NCBI GenBank assembly: GCA_963977015.1
Contig: CAXBMO010000005.1
Location: forward strand, 64,001 to 128,000
Origin: an uncultured bacterium
Lineage (GTDB): Bacteria; Verrucomicrobiota; Verrucomicrobiia; Verrucomicrobiales; DEV007
Reading direction: 5' to 3'
Length of the DNA: 64,000 nucleotides
Shown: one piece after another, positions 39,312 to 49,354 of the stretch
How positions within the stretch are numbered: position 1 is the first letter of the stretch
Layout of the letters: each line of letters starts with the position of its first letter
Notes under the pieces: model-generated
What the model saw: only the letters and a program-made list of their open reading frames with translations
Told to the model about the DNA's origin: nothing
Databases searched by the model: none
Program-made: the position numbers and the translations under genes

Positions 39312-39682
39312 AAAAGCGGTTTTCGCGGAGAGTTGGAGTGACGGAAGTTCGGTCTTAGATCCCGAAAGAGAAGGTTCGTTCAAACGAGTTCGAAACTGAA
39401 AACAAGCGTCACAAATTCGCATCTCAAGATTGTAATTTCTATAATAATTGATACAGTTCAAACCTGCACCTCGCCCGATTCGCCTAGAAAGCGAACAAAC
39501 GCCTACGAACTGATCAAATCGCGCAAAAATTAGCGATATTTTTACTAAACGACATTCTTATTCATGATAATCTGACAGGATCGCTGGTTTTTGATCTGAG
39601 GTCATTGCTGATACGCCACTTATGACACGCAGTGGTGTTATCCCCGTCATTAACTAGTCCCCACAACATTCGCGCAGCCAAG

Positions 39683-42600
39683 ATGAAGCCTCTTACCTCC
39701 TTCACAATTCCCTCAAACGCCGACGGTTCCGATATGCTGCTGACCGAAGGTGAAGACTTCAAAACCTACCTCGCATTTTCTCAGGAGTTTCTGAGATTCG
39801 TCGCGCTGAAAGTTTACAGCCCGGAACGCCAGGCAGATACCCGAACCAAGCAACTTTTCGTCGAACGCGCCAACGATCTTCGGGCTCGTTATTCGAACGG
39901 TCTCGCCTTTCCGCTGGATGCGGGCGAACAGGATCAACGTCTTTACCAGGCGATGGAGTTGCTACCGGGACATGCCCTCCAGAAAATGGTGGAAAAGCTG
40001 GGCCCGCTTCCTGCTCCCGCGGTGATGAAACTGGCCAAGGAGATCATTGCGAACCTCGAACTCTCGGTGCTGGATCACAGGGTCAAGCCGTCCCTGGCGC
40101 CCTCTGATGTGTTTGCCTGGGGAACCAATGGGCAGAATTGGAAAGTTGGCTTTGCCGATTACGATTTGCGGCCGCTTCAAGACGGGGAAGAATTCCCCAG
40201 TGAACTTCAAACCGTTCAAGAGCTGAGCCTGCTACTGTATTTCCTCGGAACCGGCGACCTCCAGGCGTGGTTCTACCCAATGCTCAATTCGGATTTGTCG
40301 GAAGATCAGCATCCCACGATCGATCCTGACCTGCTCGCGTTTTACCAACAGCTCTTCGACGGAAGTGCGAGCCAGCGCCCGTTTTCCTTTTCCGACATGC
40401 ATCGTCTGCTCGATCATACGATCACCGGAATTGGGATCAAAGCAGAACTCGTCAGCATTCCCGTCGAGCGGCCGTTTCTCAACTGGATGCCGGTGCGGGG
40501 CAGCTTTCCTGAGCCATACTCCCCCAAAGGCAGACTGGCTGAAATCGACCAGCCCTGCTCCTACGAAGCAGTTGATAAGTTGCGAGACAGCACATCACTC
40601 GTCCACGTCTTGCCGCCGGATTCCATGACGTTGAGTTGTTTTGTCGATGAATACCGGCAGAGCATGCAACTCGCTCAAGGCAAGGTGTCTTCCGCCCTGA
40701 CTCCGGTTGAGACGGTGATGTGTGATCCACGTTGCCGGGTCGTCGCCGAAAAGCCGATTGCGGCGATCTCATTGTCAGCCTTGATCGAACGGGAAGCGAT
40801 TTCTGACCAACACGCCGTTACGATTTTGGAAAAAATCAACGTGGCCTTGAAGCAACTTCAGAAAGAGGAGTTTGAGCATGTTTCTCTGCGTCCCAACGAT
40901 ATTTTCCTGCAGCCGGAAGGTGTGAAGTCGCGCCAAGGGGTGATGAGCCAACGCTCCTTCAGTTGGTTGGACAAGCCGAACAGCTACCAAGTCATCCTTC
41001 GCTCATTCCACGCCAACCTTTTCTATTCAGAGCCGATCAATTTTGGCGCATTGAACGGACCGGCTGGAAAATTTGGCCGCACCAATGCCATCTTGAATCC
41101 TTTCCGACCGGAATTTGAATTCAACACGCTGGCATATGTGCTTCTGGATTCGGCAATGCGGAAGGAGGGCTCCAGTCTTCCAAAAGCAACCGCCGAACTC
41201 TTCCGAACCGCTTTTTCGTCAAAACCTGATACCAAGCGGGAAAAATTTGTGGCCAGTCTGCGCCGGTCACTCGGCAGCAAAACGAAACGCGCCAAAACAT
41301 CACCGGCTCACGTGGTCTCTCCAGGCCCAGCCACAGCCAGGACCGTCGCAATTTCGACCGTCCCTGATCACAGGGCCAAACGCGAAGCGTGGGGCAAGCT
41401 TCCACTTTCGGCGCTTGGCTTGGCGGCACTCTTGGTCGGGGGCATCGTCGTATTTTTCTCCACTCCGATTCAACAGCGCCTGATTGCCGCCAGCAACTCA
41501 AACGCAACCGTTACCGCAGATGGCACGGTGAATTTGATCATGGAGCCCGCCCCCGAAACCGTAACGGAGGAAACCCCAGTTGCACCAGAACCGGCGGTGA
41601 AGACGGAACCCGAGCAAACGGTCGCCATGGATCCCGAACCTGTTGTGAAACAGGCTCCTCCTGAAGTTATCGTGATGGAGGAGGTTCCCGAGACCATTCC
41701 AGTGATCGAAACGCCCGTCGTGGAAATTCCTCAACCAGTTGAAGTCGTCGCGGAGGCCTCTTCGCAATCGCTGGCCCCACCAATGCTCAACGTCATCAAG
41801 CCGGAACCGGAAGCCTCGATGGAGCGAAGCACAGACGAAGCCAGTGAAATGATCGTGGCGACGGAATCGGTTCCATCTCCGCAAAGTTTGGGCGGCAGAA
41901 ATTCCGATCCAACCATTTCAGCGGCGGTTGATACGGTTGGCTCTTCTCGCGAAGTTCGCGCGACTCCAATTATCCAGGCGGATGACTTGGTGGCAGTCCC
42001 CTCTCCCATCGACCAGCAAGAGCGAATTGGCCGGACCAGTGAGGTTTCAATTCCAACGATTGCGGCCACCAGTCCAGCCGGAAATCTGGAGATGCCGCTC
42101 GTTGCTCAACCCGGCCCCACCGATGAGTCAGGCGCAGGAGATTCTTCGTTGATGATCGGGGCAAGCATTGGTGCGGGTGAAAGCATGGACTTCGAAAGTC
42201 TGAACCAAGCAAAAGAAGACAAGGAATTGATGCAGGTCCTGGACCGCATTCGCGAGAAACGACAGTCCGGAGAAATCGGTGCGGCATCCCAACAGCTCAC
42301 TCAAGTTCTCGAAAATTACGCGGACCAACCCATGGTTTCCGTTGAGCTTGATGCGGTGATGTCCAGCATTCGGGAGCGCCAGGATCGGCTCTCTCCCCAG
42401 CAGCGCAATCAGGCGGAGGAATTGGTTCAGATGGCTGCCATCAATCAGCATTATGGAGCGGTTAGCCTCCTTGCCACTTGGTCCGACCAATCAAACAGCC
42501 CGACTGCGGTTCCATGGAACGAGCGAGCTGCTGAACAGGGGGATCCTGACGCCATGGCGCGTCTTGGCCTCTATTACTCGACAGGCAACCATGTTGAGGC

Positions 42601-43129
42601 GGATCCCTCGACCGCCGTGAAGTGGTTCGAACGCGCCTCCAAGCTGGAACAAGTGGATGCCCTCTACTATCTGGGCGAGTGCTACTTCTTCGGGAAAGGT
42701 GTCGAGCGCGATCCGGCGATCGCCGTCGATCTTTTGGATCGGGCCCATGAAAAGGGTGACCCGAAAGCATCAGACATGCTTGCCACTTGTTACGCGAAGG
42801 GCCAAGGCGTTGAGACCAATCATCTGCGAGCCCGAGAGCTCTATGAGGAATCCATCCGTCGTGGCAACAAAACGGCTCTTGGAAACCTCGGTGTCCTCTA
42901 TCTCCAGAATCGCGGAATCGAACGCGATGAAGCGAAAGCCTTCGACCTGTTTCGCCAGGGTGCGGAAGCAGGCGCAACCAACGCCATGGTTCTCTATGCG
43001 CTCAGCCACGAGCGGGGAGTCGGGACCGAACAAAATCTGGAGACGGCCCAAACCTATTACGTCAAGGCCGCGCAAGCAGGTCATCCTGCAGCCATCCAGT
43101 GGTGCAGAAACCGGCAGCTGGACTACTAA
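39683..43129 (+). CDS. Membrane protein: two degenerate Ser/Thr kinase-like domains, TM, Pro/Glu-rich linker, Sel1-like repeats
   Basis: VALKV, YQAMELLPG..L, GPLP; second domain HVSLRPNDIFL; TM LGLAALLVGGIVVFF; about five repeats of the type A...LG..Y..G.GV..D...A. Confidence 0.8.
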   Translation: MKPLTSFTIPSNADGSDMLLTEGEDFKTYLAFSQEFLRFVALKVYSPERQADTRTKQLFVERANDLRARYSNGLAFPLDAGEQDQRLYQAMELLPGHALQKMVEKLGPLPAPAVMKLAKEIIANLELSVLDHRVKPSLAPSDVFAWGTNGQNWKVGFADYDLRPLQDGEEFPSELQTVQELSLLLYFLGTGDLQAWFYPMLNSDLSEDQHPTIDPDLLAFYQQLFDGSASQRPFSFSDMHRLLDHTITGIGIKAELVSIPVERPFLNWMPVRGSFPEPYSPKGRLAEIDQPCSYEAVDKLRDSTSLVHVLPPDSMTLSCFVDEYRQSMQLAQGKVSSALTPVETVMCDPRCRVVAEKPIAAISLSALIEREAISDQHAVTILEKINVALKQLQKEEFEHVSLRPNDIFLQPEGVKSRQGVMSQRSFSWLDKPNSYQVILRSFHANLFYSEPINFGALNGPAGKFGRTNAILNPFRPEFEFNTLAYVLLDSAMRKEGSSLPKATAELFRTAFSSKPDTKREKFVASLRRSLGSKTKRAKTSPAHVVSPGPATARTVAISTVPDHRAKREAWGKLPLSALGLAALLVGGIVVFFSTPIQQRLIAASNSNATVTADGTVNLIMEPAPETVTEETPVAPEPAVKTEPEQTVAMDPEPVVKQAPPEVIVMEEVPETIPVIETPVVEIPQPVEVVAEASSQSLAPPMLNVIKPEPEASMERSTDEASEMIVATESVPSPQSLGGRNSDPTISAAVDTVGSSREVRATPIIQADDLVAVPSPIDQQERIGRTSEVSIPTIAATSPAGNLEMPLVAQPGPTDESGAGDSSLMIGASIGAGESMDFESLNQAKEDKELMQVLDRIREKRQSGEIGAASQQLTQVLENYADQPMVSVELDAVMSSIRERQDRLSPQQRNQAEELVQMAAINQHYGAVSLLATWSDQSNSPTAVPWNERAAEQGDPDAMARLGLYYSTGNHVEADPSTAVKWFERASKLEQVDALYYLGECYFFGKGVERDPAIAVDLLDRAHEKGDPKASDMLATCYAKGQGVETNHLRARELYEESIRRGNKTALGNLGVLYLQNRGIERDEAKAFDLFRQGAEAGATNAMVLYALSHERGVGTEQNLETAQTYYVKAAQAGHPAAIQWCRNRQLDY

Positions 43130-43209
43130 ACTAAAGCAGGATTTCGAGATTCAGTTGTCCGGCATCGCCTCCCAATTCCGGAAGGGAAGCTTCTGCTGTT
43201 GTATTTCGT

Positions 43210-44334
43210 TTATTGGCGACGGTCGAACCTTGCGCAATAGACCGGTGGAAAGTGGCTGCCAAGAATTTCCCACGAATCTCCACCATCCTCACTAATCCAT
43301 ACGGACCCGGTGGTTGATCCCATTACAAGTCGCTCACCCGATTCATCGACTTCCAGAGCATGTCGATAGACCAGATCGTAGGCTTTGCCCTCAGGCAATC
43401 CGTTTGAACAGTTCACAAACGTCTTGCCTCCGTCCCTGGTTCGATTGACCAGAAACTTCCCATCAACTGGATACCGCATCTCATCCTTCCTGGCCGGAAC
43501 AAACCACGCGGTCAGCGGGTCCTTCGGGTGAACTGCCACGGCAAAGCCAAACCCCGCTGGCTGGACATTCTCTACGTATTGCCAGCTGGTGCAGTCATCC
43601 GTTGACCGGAAGATACCGCAGTGATGTTGGGACCACAGTTGATCCGGCGCAGCCTCACAGCGCACCACCCGATGCGGATCCTGGCTATCGGGATCCATTT
43701 CGCGCTCTTCGGGATTGAAGTCGTAGAACATGCCATGGGCGCATTGTTTCCAGGTTTCACCACCGTCCCTTGTCCGCCAGACACCACCACAGGAAATCGC
43801 GACGATCACATCCTTGGAATCATTGGGATGGACGCAAATGGAATGAATTCCCGGAACGTCGTATCCTCCACCGGCCCACTTGGCTCGCTCAGGACGATCC
43901 CAAAGACTCCGAACCATCTCCCAACTTTCCCCCCGATCTTCCGAGCGAAACAAGCCTCCCGGCAACGTTCCGCACCAAAGCGCCCCCGGTTGATCATCGC
44001 CCGCAGACTCCAGGGCCCAAATTTTCTCCAGAGACCAGGGAACGGGAGTGTTGCGGAAAGGGTCGATCGTTTCCGGCACATCATCAGGTTTTGGCGGATA
44101 CACCGGTGGATCCAGTTCCTTCCAATTTGCCCCTTCGTCTTCTGACCGATGGAGCTTGGTACCAAAGTGTCCGTGTTCCAGAACCACGTAAAGGTTTCCG
44201 TCCCGGGCATCGGGGAACAGCATGGGAACGGGATCGCCGAGAAAATGCTCACGCGTTGGGGCCCATTTGCCAGTGCTCGATCGTTCGAAGGTGAAAAGCC
44301 CCTTTCGGGTGCCCAAATGAAATCGATTACTCAT
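43210..44334 (-). CDS. BNR/Asp-box beta-propeller (sialidase-like) protein
   Basis: GTRKGLF and repeated SxDxGxxW boxes (SEDEGANW, SEDRGESW, TRDGGETW, SEDGGDSW); QHHCGIFRS. Confidence 0.88.
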   Translation of the reverse strand: MSNRFHLGTRKGLFTFERSSTGKWAPTREHFLGDPVPMLFPDARDGNLYVVLEHGHFGTKLHRSEDEGANWKELDPPVYPPKPDDVPETIDPFRNTPVPWSLEKIWALESAGDDQPGALWCGTLPGGLFRSEDRGESWEMVRSLWDRPERAKWAGGGYDVPGIHSICVHPNDSKDVIVAISCGGVWRTRDGGETWKQCAHGMFYDFNPEEREMDPDSQDPHRVVRCEAAPDQLWSQHHCGIFRSTDDCTSWQYVENVQPAGFGFAVAVHPKDPLTAWFVPARKDEMRYPVDGKFLVNRTRDGGKTFVNCSNGLPEGKAYDLVYRHALEVDESGERLVMGSTTGSVWISEDGGDSWEILGSHFPPVYCARFDRRQ

Positions 44335-44357
44335 GGTCTCGTTGGTTGAATCATTCT

Positions 44358-44627
44358 TTAACCTCCAGACAACGCCTGCATGACAAATATCTCCGACGTT
44401 GCCGAAATGGGATCCTGGCGTTTCTCCCGATCTTGAATGGAAGTTCCGTCCACGACAATGGCGATGTGCTTTCGAACGGAGCCGCGATCATCCAGCAGAT
44501 AGCTCCTCAGCTTGGGGTGCGCGCCAAAAACCGCCTCCAGTGCCTCCTCAACGGTCTCGGCATTCACTTCGCAACTTTCCACATCGACATGCCGACGGAG
44601 GTTCTGAGTAAAAACGACCTTTGCCAT
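44358..44627 (-). CDS. MoaD/ThiS-family ubiquitin-like protein
   Basis: 89 aa, TVEEAL..HPKL..LD, C-terminal ALSGG. Confidence 0.9.
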   Translation of the reverse strand: MAKVVFTQNLRRHVDVESCEVNAETVEEALEAVFGAHPKLRSYLLDDRGSVRKHIAIVVDGTSIQDREKRQDPISATSEIFVMQALSGG

Positions 44628-44719
44628 TTCCTTTAACCTGACACAAGCATCTCAGGGGTTCGATTACAAATTTCCCCGATCGCCAAAGCTTCCCATTTTT
44701 TTGGGTGGGATCGAACCGA

Positions 44720-45226
44720 TCACCCCTCCATCAAATTGGTAAGGAGAAATTCCTGAATTGCTCCATACACGCGATACTGCACCATCAACAGCCATCGCTT
44801 TTCCCCCAACTCGGTCGGATTCTGCTCGCCAACAAAGAGTTCATACTCGGCATTCGCGATGTTGTGTTCCTCGTTCAAAATCAACCGAGCCTGATTGAGG
44901 ACGCTGTACCACGTTTCGGCATGGTCTACCGGCACCTGAATGCGATGAAGTTGCGCTCCGCCGTGATCGATTTCTTCAGCCTGATCCAAATCCTCTGACA
45001 CGATCCGAAGATTCTCTTTGAACTGCGTTTCAATCTCCGGCTGAACAAACTCCTTCCAATCAGCGACGACTTCCTCATCATCGTCCGTCGGATCCGGCAA
45101 AATCCGCTTTTTCCCCTTCTCAGACTGATTGAAATCGGCGGCCTCAGGCAGTTGCACCAGCATGAACCACTCAACATCGCCGATTTCATCCAGCATCCAA
45201 TGATCTGATTCAAGGGAAACGCGCAT
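44720..45226 (-). CDS. DUF2017-like protein
   Basis: Acidic; RILP, DWKEFVQPE, WYSVLNQARL; directly downstream of clpS. Confidence 0.75.
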   Translation of the reverse strand: MRVSLESDHWMLDEIGDVEWFMLVQLPEAADFNQSEKGKKRILPDPTDDDEEVVADWKEFVQPEIETQFKENLRIVSEDLDQAEEIDHGGAQLHRIQVPVDHAETWYSVLNQARLILNEEHNIANAEYELFVGEQNPTELGEKRWLLMVQYRVYGAIQEFLLTNLMEG

Positions 45227-45238
45227 ATCTATGTCAGC

Positions 45239-45538
45239 CTACGCCGCTTTCTTCATTGCCGCCAGCAGTTGGTAAGACTGCAATTGCTGGACATAGAACT
45301 CTGCCTTCTCCCGAACGCCGGTCCAAACCACCGATTTTCCCTCCTGATGCACCTGCATCATCAAGATTTCCGCTTTCTCATCGGGATAGCCGAAAACTCG
45401 GCGAAAAACGAGCGCGACAAAGCCCATGTAATTAACGGGATCATCGTAAACGATCACATTCCACGGTTGATCGAGACTGGGAGAAGTCTCTGTAACCGTA
45501 ATCGTTTCCGTCCCGGGATCTTCAGTGATCGTCGGCAT
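45239..45538 (-). CDS. clpS: ATP-dependent Clp protease adaptor
   Basis: WNVIVYDDPVNYMGFV, MMQVHQEGKSVV, REKAE. Confidence 0.92.
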   Translation of the reverse strand: MPTITEDPGTETITVTETSPSLDQPWNVIVYDDPVNYMGFVALVFRRVFGYPDEKAEILMMQVHQEGKSVVWTGVREKAEFYVQQLQSYQLLAAMKKAA

Positions 45539-45556
45539 AATTTCAGCACCTTATAG

Positions 45557-46234
45557 TTACTCCACCGCACGTGGTTGAAAAGCGGAATTGCCTCCAGATT
45601 TCAGCCAAACGGGAAGGCGCTCGGCCAAATTCGGAGCCATTTGCTCAAAGGCCTCCTCCGCTCCATTCTCAATTCCCGGCCATCCAGTGATGGCTTGTGC
45701 CGTCCTCCATTCCAGAAAAAGATAAGCGATTAAGGCGGGGGCCGCCGGAACATTAAAAATAGCGCACTGCAGCGCAAAAACCGTCGGTGCATGTCCGGGA
45801 CAAACGCCGTTCTCAATCTTTTCCCCGAATTTGGCGATCTCGCCGAGATGCCGGGCTCCCTCATGTCGAGTCAGCAATGCAAGTCCCGCAGCCAGGCTGC
45901 GTTCGCTGCATTCACGGTCCAACTTTTCGGAGAATGTCTGATCTTCGGCCGCCAACTCCCGAATTCCAGTCGCCGCCACCTGTCGGGAACGAACCAAATG
46001 CGGAGCCACGTACTTGCTAAATCTCCCATCGATCCATTTCACCCATTGCCCGCCCCAACACTTCGTCCCAACGGGCTGAAAGAGAATCGCTTGCGTCGGC
46101 ACTGCCGCCATCAATGCAATCTCCACCGATCTCCACAACTCCTCCGGCAAGGCCGATTCCGTCAGGTAAATCCCAGACGAATCCGGCACCTCTGGCGATG
46201 AATCGGGGAAGGGAAACTGGAGAATCTTTGCCAT
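45557..46234 (-). CDS. Hypothetical protein, UreF-like
   Basis: ELAAED, SLAAG..LL, GHAPTVFA..C...AYL pattern; no urease genes in window. Confidence 0.5.
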   Translation of the reverse strand: MAKILQFPFPDSSPEVPDSSGIYLTESALPEELWRSVEIALMAAVPTQAILFQPVGTKCWGGQWVKWIDGRFSKYVAPHLVRSRQVAATGIRELAAEDQTFSEKLDRECSERSLAAGLALLTRHEGARHLGEIAKFGEKIENGVCPGHAPTVFALQCAIFNVPAAPALIAYLFLEWRTAQAITGWPGIENGAEEAFEQMAPNLAERLPVWLKSGGNSAFQPRAVE

Positions 46235-46366
46235 GTGGTCGTGTTAGACGTCGAATTATGATTCTTCATCGCAAATTGCAACAATTCCTCACAGAGTGAC
46301 CGGAGCATATTCGCCGGAATTCGACGCTCGTCCATCAACTTTCCCCCATCGAACGAAAGGAACGTT

Positions 46367-47854
46367 CTACTTCGCAACTGCCGTCACAGCAGCAGGAACG
46401 GTTGCGGAAAGATTCAGCAGTGGGCGAGGATTGAATCCAAAGATCAAAATGCCAACCACCAACACCAGCATGACGGCGCGTTGCAACGCACCAACCTCTA
46501 ATTTGGGTGTGTCAGCGGGAAGATCCGCGCCATCAAAATACATCGCTTTGACGACCTTGAAGTAGTAGTAAAAGCCGGCTCCTGCAGCCAGGATCGCAAT
46601 TCCCAGCAACAGCCATTGCTCAGCTTGGACCGCGATTCGAAAGACGAAAAACTTACCGAAAAAGCCGGAAGTGAGAGGAATTCCAGCCAAGGCAGCCATC
46701 GCGATGAGCAACGCAAAGGCCAAAAACGGTGAGCGTTTGCTCAATCCCTTGAAGGTCGCCAAATCTTCCCCGCCGAGTTTGGCGCGAACGATTGTCAGAA
46801 CGAAGAAGGCCAGCAAGGTCATCATCGTATAGCTTCCCAGGTTCATCGAAACCGCATTGATCGGATGAATGGTCATCGCTTCGGTTCGTTGCGGAGCACA
46901 GGCCAGGGCCAAGAGCAGGAATCCTGCATGAGAAATGCTGGAATAAGCCATCAACCTCTTGAAATTCGTTTGCAGGATCGCCACCAAGTTCCCAAAAATC
47001 ATGGTGCCACCGGCCAAGACCATCATGATGAGAATCACACTATCGTTGATCGCGGTTGAATTCATGAACGGTTGAATCACCCGGACCAAAACGATGAATC
47101 CCGCAGACTTCGATGCGACTGATAAAAAGGCGGTAATGGGAGTTGGCGCCCCCTGATAAACATCCGGAATCCAGACATTGAATGGAAAAGCTCCGACTTT
47201 GAAACCCAGCGACACCATCAGAAGCGCGAAGCCGAAGAGCGATGCCATCTCATTCACATTCGGCCCGGACAGAGCTTCTTCCAAGAGCGCAAGATTGGTT
47301 TGCCCGGTCGCACCAAAAATCCAGGTAATGCCATAGACCATGAATCCGGTCGATAGTGCACCGAGGATGAGATACTTCACACCAGCTTCGAGCGAACCGA
47401 CGTTTCTCCGCATGAACGCGACGAGAACGTAAAACGAAATGCTGACGAGCTCGATCGCGACGAAAATTGAAATGAGGTCGATGGCTGAAGCCGCCCACAT
47501 CAACCCGGCACAGGTGAAAATCGGGAGAACGTAAAACTCGCCCACACCGTAGCTTTTGGAGGTGTAGTCCTGGATCACACCATGGTAATCCATGCTCATG
47601 AAGATCACGATGATCGTAGCAATCAGGGCGATCCCTTTGAAAAAGCCTGCAAAACTGCCCTCGTCGTAGGTGTAATAGTCCCAGAATCCGCCGTCACCTC
47701 CCTTAACGAAAAAAGTCATGGCGTAAACCACCGCCAAGCCAAGAATTGCAACCCAGCCCAAGCTCCGTTTGTCGGAGCCGGAAATAAACGCCTCCGCCAG
47801 GAGCAAAATGAGCCCGAGCGCAACGACAGCAATTTCCAAGTAGTAGGCAGGCAT
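46367..47854 (-). CDS. nuoN: NADH-quinone oxidoreductase subunit N
   Basis: EAGVKYLILG, FKVGAFPFNVWIPDVYQGAPTP, KRLMAYSSISHAG. Confidence 0.96.
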   Translation of the reverse strand: MPAYYLEIAVVALGLILLLAEAFISGSDKRSLGWVAILGLAVVYAMTFFVKGGDGGFWDYYTYDEGSFAGFFKGIALIATIIVIFMSMDYHGVIQDYTSKSYGVGEFYVLPIFTCAGLMWAASAIDLISIFVAIELVSISFYVLVAFMRRNVGSLEAGVKYLILGALSTGFMVYGITWIFGATGQTNLALLEEALSGPNVNEMASLFGFALLMVSLGFKVGAFPFNVWIPDVYQGAPTPITAFLSVASKSAGFIVLVRVIQPFMNSTAINDSVILIMMVLAGGTMIFGNLVAILQTNFKRLMAYSSISHAGFLLLALACAPQRTEAMTIHPINAVSMNLGSYTMMTLLAFFVLTIVRAKLGGEDLATFKGLSKRSPFLAFALLIAMAALAGIPLTSGFFGKFFVFRIAVQAEQWLLLGIAILAAGAGFYYYFKVVKAMYFDGADLPADTPKLEVGALQRAVMLVLVVGILIFGFNPRPLLNLSATVPAAVTAVAK

Positions 47855-47860
47855 AATCGA

Positions 47861-49339
47861 TTAAAAACTATTCTTGAGCAGATCGAGCAACACAGATGGG
47901 AAAACGCCAACTCCGATCAAAACCGCAATTAAAAAGCAAATGGGAACCCGGACGCTGAGGAGAGTTGGATCCGAAAGTTGTCGAGACTCCAACGACTGGC
48001 CCAAAAAGACATTTCGGAAGCCTCGGAGCATGTATACGGCGGAAATCACAACGCCCCAGATCGCGAGAATCGTGGTCCAATGAATAAGTTTGAACTCCCC
48101 GTCGAATTCTTTGAATCCACCGAAAAACACCATCACCTCAGAAGTAAAACTGGCGAATCCTGGCAGACCAATGGAGGCAAACGCGGCGATGCCGAACGCG
48201 AAGCAATAGAAGGGAGCGTTCTTTCCCAGCCCTCCCAACGTTTCCCAATTGAGCGTGGGCAGTTGCTGTCGCAATTGACCGGTCAATCCAAAGAGAAGTG
48301 CAATCCCAACCCCATGAGCAAACATCAAGAGAATCGCTCCATTGAGCCCGATCACGTTGTTTGCGACAATCCCCAGGAAAACATACCCCATATGCATGAC
48401 ACTTGAGTAGCCCAGCATGCGGTCGATCCGGTTTTGGCTGATTGTCACAAAGCCAATGTAGAGAATGTTTCCCAGCAGCAAAATTAAGATGACGTTGGTC
48501 CACGCCTCCATTCCTTCAGGAAGCATGGGAACGGCCACTCGAAGAAGCCCATACAACCCAAACTTCTTCAACACTCCGGCATGGAGCATCGCAACCGGAG
48601 TCGGAGCAGCGGCATAAGCCGGAGCTGCCCAAGAGTGAAACGGAAACAACGAAATAAGAATGCCAAACCCAATGAGGAGCGTGCCAAAAATCCACTTTTG
48701 CGACTCGGCACCAATAATGCCGCTATCCGCCAGCGTCTGAAGCTCCCGCATGTCAAAGGTCTCGCCCCCCAACCCAATGAGCAAGGCCAGCAGGCCAGCA
48801 AGCAGCACCATGCTGCCAACTCCCAAGTAAATCGTAATACGCCAAGCGACGTTCACGCGATCGCTGCCATGCCCCAGCATTCCAATCATCAGGAAGGTTG
48901 GGATCAGAGCCAGTTCGTGGAACGCATAAAAGAAAAACAGGTCTGTCGAGAGGAACGCGCCAAGCGCTCCGGCAGCAATCAACAGCGGACAAATATAGTA
49001 GAGCTTTTCGTGCTCTCCCAATTCACTTGCCGGCGGGCTGAGCCAAACCGCGCACAAGGTCACGATGACCGAGAGGAGAAGCATGATGACGCTCATTCCA
49101 TCAACCCCAAAGGCGAGAGCCAGCTTTGGGGATTCAAGAAAGACGTGTTCGCTGCTCATCTGAAACGCCGCCGCATCCGCGCTCCGATCGAAGGTCCACC
49201 AAACTGCAAGACCTAGAATTAAGTTTACCGCCGAGGTCAACCACGCGGTTCCTCGACTGGGCATGCCAATGATGATGGCGAAAACACCAAGAATCGGCAC
49301 AAGGATGAGAGCGTGGAGAATGGTCACCTGTTCGTTCAC
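47861..49339 (-). CDS. nuoM: NADH-quinone oxidoreductase subunit M
   Basis: GVDGMS, ELALIP, PFHSW, KFGLYG, YSSVMHMG, GLPG; GTG start. Confidence 0.95.
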   Translation of the reverse strand: MNEQVTILHALILVPILGVFAIIIGMPSRGTAWLTSAVNLILGLAVWWTFDRSADAAAFQMSSEHVFLESPKLALAFGVDGMSVIMLLLSVIVTLCAVWLSPPASELGEHEKLYYICPLLIAAGALGAFLSTDLFFFYAFHELALIPTFLMIGMLGHGSDRVNVAWRITIYLGVGSMVLLAGLLALLIGLGGETFDMRELQTLADSGIIGAESQKWIFGTLLIGFGILISLFPFHSWAAPAYAAAPTPVAMLHAGVLKKFGLYGLLRVAVPMLPEGMEAWTNVILILLLGNILYIGFVTISQNRIDRMLGYSSVMHMGYVFLGIVANNVIGLNGAILLMFAHGVGIALLFGLTGQLRQQLPTLNWETLGGLGKNAPFYCFAFGIAAFASIGLPGFASFTSEVMVFFGGFKEFDGEFKLIHWTTILAIWGVVISAVYMLRGFRNVFLGQSLESRQLSDPTLLSVRVPICFLIAVLIGVGVFPSVLLDLLKNSF

Positions 49340-49354
49340 TTCACGTTAAGAATT

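Noticed and set aside
45557-46234. Urease gene cluster
   Set aside because: Only a weak UreF-like similarity; no ureABC, ureD or ureG in the window
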